The notes beneath the pieces were generated by a model. It saw only the letters and a program-made list of their open reading frames with translations, was not told the DNA's origin and did not search any database. A stretch of 64,000 nucleotides of DNA, taken from positions 62,001 through 126,000 of the forward strand of contig CAJINV010000009.1 in assembly GCA_905178155.1 (NCBI GenBank), in the 5' to 3' direction. Both the position numbers and the translations under genes were made by a program. Origin of the DNA: Amoebophrya sp. A120. Taxonomy: Eukaryota > Protista > Dinoflagellata. Positions 1-12,300 of the stretch are shown piece after piece (position 1 is the first letter of the stretch; each line of letters opens with the position of its first letter).

Positions 1-1857
1 GTCATCCACGATCGGCATTTTGAGTGCAACGACCGAGACAGTTTTCACCGAAACATGTTCCAGAACTTCTACCTGCACGCCGGCGAACAGGAGGCGCGGG
101 ACCAGTTGCTGACCCTGTCGCAAACCGCCCCACGAAGTAAAGTTTTGGAGTCGATTCACTTCGAAAAGTTCTTTGAGTCCGCCAAATCCAGTCGGCAGAC
201 CTCCCCGACGATTGTCCCGCGGAAGTTGACAACGAGTCTGCTCGCAAAACTGCCGGAGGAAAAGAAACGGGGCAAGCTGCCGGCGCGGTTTGTCGGACGC
301 GGGCCAACGCCGTTGTTCGTGAACAACCACGAGAGAAGGCAGGATGATGAAGTTGAAAGTCAAAGCACTGTTAAGGTGGTCGACGAGGATATCAAGTCGA
401 GTAGGCCCGCAAGCAGTTCGTCGAATAGGAGCAGTTCCGGGCAGGAGGGCAAGGATTTTAAGGACAAGGAGCAGGCCACCGGCCGTCAACAGGGAGAAAA
501 ACAAGAAGACCAGAGCGGGGACGAGGAGTACAACGACGAGGAAGAAGAAAGTAGTGAATACACTTACACGGACGACTCGCTCTCCGACAAATCTGAATTG
601 ACGAAGCAGTCGCAGAAGCAGCTCAGACGCGCTTTAGAGGCGGGAAAGCTGGACCACCTGGAGAAGCGGCAACTGGAGGCAATTCGGAGACTCGTGAAGT
701 TTGGCAGCTTGAAGAAAAAGAAGAAACCGGAGGTTCTTGTGGAAGAAAAACAGGCAAGTAGCGGAGAAAAGCAGGGGGAAATCAAAGCGGATTCGAGGAG
801 AAGAAAACAGGAGATCGACTTGCGCAGCAGCGAAGATCAGGCGTCTTCAAGTAGTGGAAATTCGTCAAGTCAAGTTCAAATCCGGCCAGGACAGAACAAA
901 AATGAGAAGTCAGATCGGGTTCAACATCCGAAGGGGAACAAAGCACTACAACCTGTTCGCGGTGTGGCAACATCTTCAGAAGAAGAGGAGGAGGGAGAGA
1001 GCAGTTCTGGTAAAAATTCGTCCTCTAACGGAGTGGAAGAGGAAGAACCAAGCTCCTCTGGTACTAGCGGGCTTACGGAGGTGGACCACGACCAGCATTC
1101 CAGTAGCAGCGGCAACACAATGTTCGACAGTAGCGGTGCTGAACAAGCCAACCCGAGACGGAGCGAAGAGGAAAAAAGCTCGATGCTGTCATCTGTAGAA
1201 AGCGAGAGTAGTTCCTCGAAGAGCTCGGGGAGCGAGGCGGTGAGTAGCAGTGGTTTAGCAACTACATCTTCATCCGAAGAACAGTTTTCTGCCGGACAAA
1301 ATCAAACGATTGTAACTTCCTCGGAGGCCGCCTCGGGTTCGGAGGACCCGTATCAAACGTTAGAGAAAACTCTGGAAAAAGAAGACAAGCTCGCGGCTGA
1401 AGAGCGGACTCAGCGGGCGAGCAACACTAGAATGGACGGATCAAGTCAGAAGGAAAAGCGGAATCGCAGGAACGGCATTGCAAAAAAGTGGAAGGAACAA
1501 GCAAGGCTGAAAAAGCAAGAGCTCAAGGACGTCGAGCGGGCGAAATCTTCGGCGAGCGAGGAAGCAGGACAATCTGTGAAGCAGGGTGCAAAAAAATCGA
1601 CCGCTGAGGTCGTCCGCCGCAGGGTTACTTACAGGAATGAAAAGAGGAATGAGAAAGACCAGGCACCAGTTCCTTCTCCACGCCCCATCGACGAAGAAGA
1701 TCTGTTATTGACTGACTTGAATGAAGAAGAGGGAATGGAGGCAGGAGCTGCAGCTTCCAGTCCCGTTGGGTTGTTGGTGAAGAATCTGTTCTCATGGACC
1801 GCGGATGGAATTCGGAGTTTAGCTTCCAGTCCGGGCGGCGGGAAAGAAAAGGAATAA
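1..1857 (+). CDS. Hypothetical low-complexity S/E/K-rich protein (probably 5'-partial)
   Basis: 600-aa ORF 55..1857. The frame is open back to base 1 and is followed by an AT-rich 3' region. No domain recognised. Confidence 0.7.
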   Translation, partial: VIHDRHFECNDRDSFHRNMFQNFYLHAGEQEARDQLLTLSQTAPRSKVLESIHFEKFFESAKSSRQTSPTIVPRKLTTSLLAKLPEEKKRGKLPARFVGRGPTPLFVNNHERRQDDEVESQSTVKVVDEDIKSSRPASSSSNRSSSGQEGKDFKDKEQATGRQQGEKQEDQSGDEEYNDEEEESSEYTYTDDSLSDKSELTKQSQKQLRRALEAGKLDHLEKRQLEAIRRLVKFGSLKKKKKPEVLVEEKQASSGEKQGEIKADSRRRKQEIDLRSSEDQASSSSGNSSSQVQIRPGQNKNEKSDRVQHPKGNKALQPVRGVATSSEEEEEGESSSGKNSSSNGVEEEEPSSSGTSGLTEVDHDQHSSSSGNTMFDSSGAEQANPRRSEEEKSSMLSSVESESSSSKSSGSEAVSSSGLATTSSSEEQFSAGQNQTIVTSSEAASGSEDPYQTLEKTLEKEDKLAAEERTQRASNTRMDGSSQKEKRNRRNGIAKKWKEQARLKKQELKDVERAKSSASEEAGQSVKQGAKKSTAEVVRRRVTYRNEKRNEKDQAPVPSPRPIDEEDLLLTDLNEEEGMEAGAAASSPVGLLVKNLFSWTADGIRSLASSPGGGKEKE

Positions 1858-2535
1858 GGTAAGTGTCACATGATTTCAGGCTCCTTTACTGGCGCGAAAG
1901 ACTGGCTAGCAGCAGTGGTACGGAATTAGAGCATAGAGAAAGAGAAAGTCGTTGAAAATATCATGCAAGTTGTTTCTTTCGGTTTTATACATCATCACAG
2001 TGAATAAAGGTAAATATCATGGTGTTTTGTTTCTTTTTGATTTTTCCGACCGCGATAGTTTTCTTTTACCATTTTGTTTTTAAAGCAAGACATGACTGCA
2101 CTGCAGCACCGTTCATCTTTCTGTTTCAGTTTGTTACTTTCAAGCGATGTACAATACCATCTTCAAAATCAAAACCAGTACTCGTCCACTATCTCCATGT
2201 ACATTCTTTTGATTCAAAACCACTGACCATTTCCATGCTGAGAAGATTCCCTCGGGTATTTGGACGTTTCGAAGTTTGTATCTTAGGCATTGGATCATGA
2301 CCTTATTTGTGTTTTTCTGCGACCCCGGTTTCTCATGTGTCGGCGGTAAATAAAAGTTGCTGTCTGCGTTTCCGCCCGTGCGTGTTCTCGCGTTCGGTGA
2401 CAGTTTTCGTCTGGGCGGGTCTACCTGCGCCAAACGGTTTTGCTACATTGTACCGTACCAGTAAAGTCTTGACTCGAACAAGAAGGGACGCAATCGTGAT
2501 ATCAAAACATCAGAAGTACTCAATTCTCAAAGAAG

Positions 2536-5500
2536 ATGCAGTCGCACGTCGTTCATTTGCGACCATCTGGTCGGGCTGCGTCGACGTGGCGCTCAGCTTG
2601 TCTTCGGAGACTTCGCAACTGCACGCTGGAATGCCAAACCGAGAAAACTTTCGAGCCTTACCGCAGCACCGCGAGCAGCAGAGCCGCTGGCGTGCTTTCA
2701 GGATCTTACCAGCAACAGCGTTTCTTACGATCTTCTGCGATCGGGAAGGATGCAGGCAGGGAAAAGATTTCCGCGCACCAAATAGAAAAAGCCGGCGTGA
2801 TTCTGGAAGACTACTTTCGCCGTTTTCCTGTCGCGACGGTTGCAACTTGCGAACGGACGCTGCGGCAGGTGGTGGCGGTGTTGCAGCTAAATAGTACGAA
2901 TTACGCACGCGGGATGTTGTACAGTACAGAAACAGAAACGCAAGTTCTGCAGAACGTTGCACTTTTGGATGAAGTTCAGAAGTTGCCGGAGTTTCTGTTG
3001 CGCGTGAAACTCTTACTTGAGCAGGAGGTTTTGCAGGAAAGACCATCTGCAAGTTCATCATCGAGGAACAATGCCGTCGCCCCGCAGGCCGTGCCCTTTC
3101 TCCGCGGGTTGATACCCTTGCTCACCATCACGAGACAACTAGACGGGCCGTGGGCGCAGATTTTGGGAGCATTGCTGCTGCGGTACGTTGGAAGTAATCA
3201 TGCGCCGCAAACGAATTTTTCCGCAGCAGCAGGTGGCCCGATTGTGGATGTTCTAGGTTTTCGATCTCAGGAAGTTCTAGATCTCATTGAGGCAACGAAG
3301 CTGTTTCACAGTACAACTGCAACGGAGAGGACAAAAGACCATCAAGTCCGTGACGCGTTTGTCGAAAGCCTGCTGCGGCCCTGGGACGCGAAACTGATCG
3401 AGTACTTTGCAGCGGCCGACGGCTCGTCGTCTTCTAGGAAGGGTAAAGGATTTCAATCTTCTGCACAACCGCCACGGCCGCAAGATCTCCTGCGACACTT
3501 TTCCTCCGTGATGACAAAGTCAAAGAATGACCACGAAACTTTATTGAACGCGGCGGCGTTTTTGAAGAAACAGATGACATTCTTTCACCATCCTGCATTT
3601 GTGGCGAAGTTGGAAAAATCTCTCTTTGAAAAGGGTGCCGAGGCGGAGGAGCTGCTCGTCGTACTGGATGCGTATAACAGCAACGGCGTGAGTTCAAAGG
3701 CGGCGCAGGTCGTCGAAACTATTTTCCAAGCTTTGAACGGAAGCGATCTGGATTGCTTGCTTGATTTTGGCTCCGCGATTTCTACTACGTCCGGGACGAC
3801 CACAATAGCGCCGCTTCGGATTGTTCTAGACCACGCCATCAGACAAGGAAGCTTGTGGTCGACGGAATTGCTAGATACCGTCGCGGATGGGGTGCTGCGA
3901 AATTTGACGAAGCCTTTGGAGCTGCTTAGCCGCGTTCGATGCGGCGAAGATCAAGCAAGGACAACAATCGAAGAGCGACTACTGGAACACGCGACAGCAG
4001 CGGCAGTTGACTTCTACTGGTCTCTTCTGGTGCAGCAGAACCTGCAGCACAGCCCGGCGCTGACCTCGGCGGGCACGTTCCTGGAGGTTTTTCAGCTGGA
4101 AGTGCTACCAGTTCTGCTACAAGCGAACTTCGCTGAAGACGCGCGCGACATTCACGATTGTCCTGGAACTCCTGTACCTGTGTCGAATTTTGTTAGAAAC
4201 CATCCCTACTACACCGCTTCAAAGCTGATTTCCATGCTGTGGCACAACCAGAATCTGGAGGCTGTTGCCGTGTACACCGGCGAGAAAACGAGCAGCCTTG
4301 TGGAAAGAACGGCGCGGGCAGCGGCGACGATGCTTTTGGATGCTGAAGGCAAGAACGCGGTAAACGCACTGGGCACCAGTACGACCGCGGCGGTCCATCT
4401 AACGGAAGACATGCTCGACAATCTGGTCTTCGAAGCGCTGCCTGAGATTTTGCGACGGGATACTGAACAACGTCAACACCAAGAGACTTCGGATGATCAT
4501 GCGGAAAGTATCAACTTTGTCGACCTCGTCTTTTCCGCGCAGAAACAAATTTATCTGCAGAACTCGTACAACAACACAATCGGGTCATCGATGATTTCTC
4601 CATCGCGACAAAGTGCCACGGCGAAGCGGCTCCAGTACGTGAACAAGCTTGCCGAGCTGAATCTGATTCCCTCCTTACAGAAAATGAAGCAAATACTGGA
4701 GCAGAAAGTCTCCCCGACGGAGAAAAAAACGAACTTCGCGAGGAAGTTTATAACCGACGGAGCAAGTGCCGAAACAATGCTGGCGGCTTTGTGCTTTGCT
4801 GGTTTCAATGAGATAAGGGAGAAGGTGGTCCTGCAGATGAAAAGTAGCAGTGTTCATAATTCCCTTGCTTCTGAGAAGAAAAAGGCCACGACCAAGCCAA
4901 AGATTAACTTGAAAAACGAGCTGAAGATACAGTTGGAGAACAGCTTCTTCAATGTGCGAATGCCACAGTTTACGGAACTGCTACTCGAACACGCGGACGT
5001 GCAGAGTAGCGTCAGTGCCCGGAACGCAATAGCGGTGTTGGCGAGACTGAACCTGCAAGGTGGTTTTGCGGAAACGTTTCTGCAGGCTGTTTCCTCCGCT
5101 GCTGAGCAGCGAGAGCAGTTACTGCAAAACGTTCTAGGTGGAAAAAGCAACCGCAGCCACGATGGGGATCATTTAACAACCCGCGAACGGCACAGAGTTA
5201 CCAGCTTCTCGTCCAGTAAGCAGCAAATTCTCTCTCAGGCGAGCTACTTTATCAAATGTAAAAATGTCTGGGTCTGGAAGAATGAGCGATTTGTCATGCA
5301 GCTTTTCCATGACCCATGAGGTCTGGAATGCAGGACCTAGCATGACAGATTCTGCGCGACCTCTCTCATGCCTATCCTGCATGAGAAACCCCCTCCCGAC
5401 CTGGTCAAAACTGGACGACTTTTGGTAATCATGCAACACAGATTCTTGCTTGTTTCAAATTTAGCATGACAAGTTGCATTCTTCCAGACCCAGACATTTT

Positions 5501-8362
5501 TACATTTGATATACTTCAAGCGGTACCTGAAGCCGGAGATCGATTTGGAGCAAGATCTGGATTTACACTTGATGACAAACGTATGGATGTGTCAGGTTTG
5601 AAATCGTCAGAGTTGAAAAAACTTGTAATGCACAAAATCGATGCCAATTGCAAGCCCAATTTCTAAGCGGCGCATGACAAATTTGAGTAGAGCCGAAATC
5701 CAGTTTGTAATGCTGTTTGGGTAAGGAAGACGCCTTTTGTCATGCTGCTTTAGCAGCTCTATTCCTACCCCGCAACAGGCTCACAATCTGCCTCCCTTGC
5801 CTACTCTGCAAGGCAGGCATTTTCTGCGTTGCATTTTATGCATCACAAATCATTGCAACTTTGACGATTTCAATCCTGACAGTTCCATAAAACGTGATTC
5901 GCACGGCAGAGGACCGGATCTTCAGCCCGACCGCAGTCCTAGAGGCGGTGCGGGAGAGTTTGCTGGCGACACCCGGGGCGGACGGGGAACAGCTTAGAGT
6001 TTTCAACGCAAACGCAACGGCTTCATCGACTTCAAGAGGGGCTTCAGGTGTGGATGGGAAGAGGACCAGCAGTGCCAGTTCCAGCAGTACGGACTGCACG
6101 TTAGTGTTTGTTCTTCAACAAGAAGGAGAGGATTTTGTTTCCATCGATGGGGATGCACATGAAAACGTTGAAACTAGCACTACCAAAGTCCTTGTCGCCG
6201 ATATCCTGCCACCGAAATCTGCCGTAAGCAGTACAGACATGCGGTTTGTGAACATCAAGCACGACATCTGGCGGATGGAAAACCTGTTTTCGGAGAACAA
6301 GGACTTTGAAATTTTGACGCTTTTTTCGGACGAAATAGGTGGTGACGGAGATCATGATGTTGAGGTGGACTACGGCCTTGTAGGGAAGAAAATACTGGAA
6401 AAAGTGCAAGCGAAGCTGCAGTTCGGTTTACGAACAGGTTCACCTGCCGTGGCGACTCCTCTTGTCGAACACGTTTTCGTGTCCGCTGGGGAAGGGGCAG
6501 CTTCGGCCCGAGCGGAGCAGGAAAGCAGTCCCGAGGACGCAACTGCTAGTAGCGAAAATAACTACGTCAAGCGGGTCGTGCGGGGAGGTCTACTGAAGCC
6601 CGGCGCTGCAGCTTCCACTGCCGACATTGAAGACATCGTGGTTCCGAAAGACCGAGGGGGATCGGAAGGCGTTGTAGCAGGGAAAGCGACATCATACAAA
6701 GTGGTCGAAGTCCAGAACGCGCCAGCACACAAAGCGGTCGACGTCCAGAATCTGTCTGCAATGGCCGCTGGAGCAGAAATTACGGCGCCACCGCAGCAAG
6801 TAAACGAGAATCTTCAACACCCTGCTTCAGCTCAAAGCATTCCCCTTGCACAGCAACCGCTAGCGGGATCGCAACTGCACGCGGCTAATCCTGAAACTAA
6901 TTCCACCGCGGCCCGAGAAGATGAAAAGGTGATATCGAGCCCCGAATTACGTTCTTCTACCAGCGAAAGCCTCACAGATACGGTCGACATCCGCGAAGCC
7001 GTGTTAGAGCTAGTTGAGAGCGGGGAGGGGGATATTCCAGAACTTTTGTTGATCAAATTAGAGGAGACGTTGGCGGGTGATGAAGAAGATGAAGAGAAAT
7101 TGAAGGAAATCTACAAAGAGCTGCTTGAGGCACAAAAGGATCAGCATCAACCGGTTTTGTCCAGCACACAAGCTGCAGCTGCGTCTGTGGGTCGGGAGCC
7201 TGTTAATGGTGCAAAGGAGCTGCTTCATGATATAGAAGCAGCGTCAGCAGAGGCAAACACAAAGGTGGAGCAGATCGCAATGAAGAACCCCGCTGCTCCA
7301 ACGGATATTGATCATGACAAAAATCCGACAACTGCTGCTCAAATCCGCACCGTCGCTGAAATTCGGAAGGACGTGCTAGAGAACAAAGCTAGCGACTCTT
7401 GGGAACTTGCTCCTATGCGGCTGCTCGCGAAGAACAGCGATCTGCGGACCAAGCGCGCTTTTCTGGAGAAAAACAAGGTCGCGGAAGTCTTCTACATCCC
7501 ACAGGACAAGAGTGTCCACGAAAAATTGCGGCAGAAGAGGGAACAAGAAAGCGTGATGGACCTGGAAAAGTTGCGGAAAATGAAAAGTAGTAAAAGCACA
7601 GCAGGTAGTCGTGGTGCGGATAAAGGTGGCACAACAACTTCTAGTTTGATAAAGCGTGGTGCTGGCCACGACAAAGTGGAGACGAAAAGTCGTTCAGTCC
7701 ATGCTGCAACTTCAGCCTCCTGGCAACATGTGTTGGAAGATGCAGAACCGGAAGACGTGAGGACGGCAGAAGGCGAAGGTTTAGGTTTTGTCGTTCCAAC
7801 AAGCCGCGAGCATGTTGAACCAAGGAAACAAATAAAGCCAAAGCCTCGTCAGCTCCGTCAGGAATCCGCAGAGGAGATGCTCGCGCGGTTGAAAAACGCC
7901 GGGAGCATGCGACGCTCGAATGTCGGTGGCGGCAGTGGAAGTGCAAGTTTTCGGCAGGGCGATGCGGCAGCGACGCTAGACGGTGGTAGTGGTTCGTACT
8001 CCCCGCTGCGCGAGGTCCGGCAAAAATCACAGTACTACAACAATGCTGTGCAGAGAAATACGAGGAGAATGAACCGCAGTTACGAGGAGTTGAAAGACGT
8101 GCTGTCGGGAGCGGAAACGGAAAATGAGAAGCTGAATGACATTACGCCCGCTACTTCACGACCCGATAACACAAGCACAACGCAGAATTCTAGCGCTGAT
8201 GCGACAGCAGATCAGAGTTCGGGGCGAGTCGATGATGCAATCGGGGGCGCAGGTAAAGCGGTCACGAACGATGAAAGCAAGCAGTTTGAAGAAGCAGCAA
8301 AACGCATTATGCAAGGTACCATGCGGCCGAAGCATACCGTTTCAGCTACCACTGCGATATAG
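2536..8362 (+). CDS. Large hypothetical protein (~1748 aa), 3 exons: 2536-5249, 5517-5581, 5895-8362, split by two introner elements
   Basis: ORFs 2536..5319 and 5894..8362 join in frame (...SQASY|FKRYLKPEIDLEQDLDLHLMTN|VIRTAED...) after removing each element plus one direct repeat. The R/S-rich N-terminus may be an organellar targeting peptide. Confidence 0.75.
5250..5511. mobile_element. Introner element (non-canonical intron), TIR family A
   Basis: Perfect 35-bp TIR TATCAAATGTAAAAATGTCTGGGTCTGGAAGAATG (5250-5284 / 5477-5511). 5-bp direct repeat TACTT at 5245-5249 and 5512-5516. Excision restores the frame. Confidence 0.93.
5582..5889. mobile_element. Introner element (non-canonical intron), TIR family B
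   Basis: 34-bp TIR with 4 mismatches, TATGGATGTGTCAGGTTTGAAATCGTCAGAGTTG (5582-5615 / 5856-5889). Direct repeat AAACG at 5577-5581 and 5890-5894. Excision restores the frame. Confidence 0.9.
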
Positions 8363-9306
8363 GCGTGCTTTTAGTCTGGATTGTGATTTTTGTATACCAT
8401 TTTTTTGTGCATGAGGTCGCATTTTTTTTGCCGTTCTTCAATAACGAACACCTCAATTGATAACTCGACTCGGTCTGATCGTTTTTTGTGTGCATCATTT
8501 CTTTGTTCTTAATCAATTGCATCCATAGCTCGAGGAAAAGGAGCTGTAGAAATGAATACGAGGAATTTTTCTTGATGACGTTGCTTGGGAAAATGAAAAA
8601 AGAACGAAGTGAATTCCGTACAAACGTGATTACAGTTTTTTTGTACACACGTGTATGTAAAGCCGTTCCAAAGAAATCCGACTGGCTTCACCATCGTTTT
8701 TACGTTCACGAGTTCCCGTGAAGAAGCAAAGTCAGCAAGACCTACGTCCAAACACGATCAAATCCTCTCGCTTTTCGTTCGTTCAAAATCGTAGCGTCAC
8801 CAAAGCAAAATCAAGCGAATTTTCGAAACACCAAATCCCAAGATGCGTTCTCGTTTGCCCTCTCAGTTCCCGAAATCCTTTCAAATTTTGCGCAAATAAG
8901 CAACAACTCCGTTTACTTTAGAAAATCACGTTTTTCACCTGCAAGGCAAGACTCATCAAATCTCGTTGCAAAAGTTTTGAACGCCTCCAAATCAAATTAT
9001 CCCACAGGTTGGCGACAACAATTTGATTTAAAATAGAAAGACATTCGAATTGGTATTTTTCAAGTAAGCACGACAAGAATTTTCGTTTTCTGTGAACAAA
9101 CAACCTTTAGTTTTTTTTTGAAGAGATCGGGACGGGGTTCATCACAAAACTTGGGCTCGGAACCCCGGTCCGTTTTCTCTTTCTGAGGCGGGTAGAAAGG
9201 GAAAAGTTTACTAGGGCCACATTAGCAAGCATACATCACCACTATTGTTGATACAAATCGAAGTAGAAAGCCTATAGAACAAGTAGAAAGTTAGCACGAA
9301 GGAGCC

Positions 9307-12300
9307 ATGGCTCAGTGGGGCGGCTTCGGCTGGTGGCCGAAGACGTTTCGGTGTCCCCGCGGTACCATTCGCGCCGAGGAAGACCCGAACTGGTGTAAGC
9401 ACCGCGTATGGGGCTGGTTCCAGGAGCACTCGGATTACCACGCGGAGGAGGGATTTCTGTACGAACATGAGTACACCGACGACGGCGCCATCGTCGCGCT
9501 CAGCAAGGGGATCGTCGAGTCCGAGGCGATCAACATAAACCTCTGTACTTGCTTTTTTCAATGAGTTTGTTTGTTGACGATGAACTTAGAAACATGTAAA
9601 TAGCATGACGATTTATTTACGAAAATATTCATCTTGTTGTTGTTCGCACACTTTTTGCGCGCACGCTTGCATTGACTTTTTCTTTTCCACCAACACTCAC
9701 AGACGAATTCTGCTTGGCCTTCGGAAAACCGATGGAGCTGCGGAGACCCTGCGTGGAAACCTTTCCTGGCGAAAGGATTGTCCCGGACAAAAACGGGCGA
9801 TACAACGGGATTCGCGTGCCCAAGTCCATGCGGCGCGACCTGCAACGCAAGCCGGTCGAGATTGTGCCCTACATGCAGAACGTCGACATCGACGAAAAAT
9901 CATTTATTGTCGAGCTCGGCCCCGAGGCGCTTTCAAGACAATCCGCAAACCCGAAAAGAAGTGCCAGTTTGAAGGCAGTACCAGGATCGCCCGCGTCAAA
10001 GATGAAAGCGGCACCCGGTGCCGCGAATGCGAAGGCGGGCAGTGTACTGGGCGCGAAGGGCAAAGGAAAGCAGGACGAATGGGCCAACTGGTATTTGGAT
10101 ACACTTTTGCGTGGTGCATTCAACTGTACGGCCTTGAGTGCCATGTTTTCGTAGATTTCGAATTTTGCTAAAATTGATTCTGTTGTGTTCCTGCGTCTGC
10201 ATCTCTAGGGGAGCAAAGAAACAGTTGAAGATAGAAAACTCAAAATCTTACAGGGATGGTCAAGACTGGGGCTACAGTGCGGATAAGCCGTGGGAAGCTC
10301 TGGGCATGTCACAGGCCATGTGGGAGCGCAATCAGAAGATTGAGCAGGAACAGCGGGAAAGACAGGAGAAAGCGCGACTTGAGCAGGTACTCCTGAAACT
10401 TATGATCAAACGTTTCTCTTCTAGTAGGTCTTCCTTCCAGAATTTTTTTTTGTGCTTTTCGACTTTCCTGTACGCCCGCATTGTCGTTGTGCAATTAGCA
10501 CCAACTACTCGGCGTAAAAGCCACATTGTCTATCCAGACTGCATCAAATAAAACAGGAGCGTCTCCGTCTGGCCGAGGCTGAGCGACGGCGCAACAGCGT
10601 TCCCGGCACTCCCGGCGTTGACAGCGCGAACAAGTCTCCCCCCTCGGACAACCTGGACGGTGTGAACCCGCAGAATTCGAAGTCCACGCCCCAGAGCAAG
10701 ATGCCGGACATCAAATCGCTGAAGCAAATCCTGGAGGAGAAGAAGAAGCGTCACGGCAACGGCACGCTGGTTCCCCAGTCCAGTTCCGCGTCCGGGTCCC
10801 CGAATAACGATTTGGATACCACCAACACGACCATTGAATCCAAGGCGAGCAAGCAGAGCATGATCACTTCGTCCGGCGGCAGCGGAACGGTGATTATGGC
10901 TTCCTCCTCCACTTCCAGCAGCCTGACCAAGACCTCCACGCGGGGCGGGAACATCACCGCGTCCAGTGTCAGCATCAAGGCGTCGTCGAGTTCCTCGACG
11001 GCAATAGCCACCTCAAGTTCAGCACACCAGAAGACCACGAACGCCTCCTACGCAGCCTCGCACGAGACGGCGGATGCCATTCCTGGTACTTCTAACATAC
11101 GCATCGTCGCGGCGGGCGCGGACAGCGGCAAGAAAGACGACCCGGGTGTCAACACAGAGTCAACGTCCTACCGCGAGTCCGCGAAGCAGGACAACGCGGG
11201 AAGTAGGAAGAAGAAGGACAAAAACAAAAATCGCGACAAAGACGGCGGGGAAAACAGCAATAACGCTGTTCAAAGCTCGTCCAAACACCACGGCGGCAAA
11301 AGTAGGAGAGAGGAAGTCGTAGAGCCCCTTTCCGACGACGACAATTTGAGCGACGCGAATGACAATAACGAATCCCCGCTGCAGTCGGATGACAGCGAGC
11401 TGTACGGGACCACTAACGACCGGAAGAAGAAAAGCCGGAAGTCGAGGAAAGTGAAGGACCATAAAGGCTCGAAGCACGAGACCGGCAAGAAGGAGTTGGA
11501 AAAGGGCGGGTCCCTCTCCAGCGACCACCCGGTCCGGAGCAGCAGCACGCGGGAAAACCTGGACTCGGCGGAAAAGGTGTACAAAAAGGACAAAGACCGG
11601 GAGCGGGGTCGCAAGAAAGTGGACCGGAAGGATCGGAAGAAGAAGTCGAAAGAAGCGGCGTTCAACAAGGACAACGACTACAATTCGCGGTCGGACGACG
11701 AAGACAGCAGAAGATCGCGGTCTGCTGCCCATGGCGAGAACGAGTCGGAGAACGAGTCGCCCGAGCGGGCGCGGGACAGCACAAGGGAAGACAGGAAAAT
11801 GAAAAAGCGGGGCCGGGGGATCGAGGAAGCGGAAAAGAGAGAATCGAAAAAGATGAAAAAGCTGCACGCCGACAAGGAGTTGCGGGACACTGACATCGTC
11901 CACTCGGACGAGGACGACCTCCAGCTAGCCTCCGAGCGATCGGAAGAGCGGTCCGACGACAGAGACGTCAACTACCGTGGGGGGGCCCGGTCCAGCCAGG
12001 ACTCCAGCTTTCAGGACCGAAAAGCGGATCGGAACACGAAGCGAAGCCGCAGAGAGAAAAAAGAGTCGCATAAGGAGGACCAAGACACCACGAAATCCTC
12101 CAAGCGCGGCACGAAAGCGCTGAATGCCTTGGGGAGAGGCTCGAAAAACGACGAGGAACTCTACAGTAGCGAGGAGGATATTCTGAGGAAAAATCCCCCC
12201 TCCCCATATCGAAAAGGTATGTTTCCGAAAATTTGTGTTGCTGATTTGAGGTCACAAATCACGTCTGTCTTGCAAGAAGACAGGCGCAGAGGCTTCCGCA

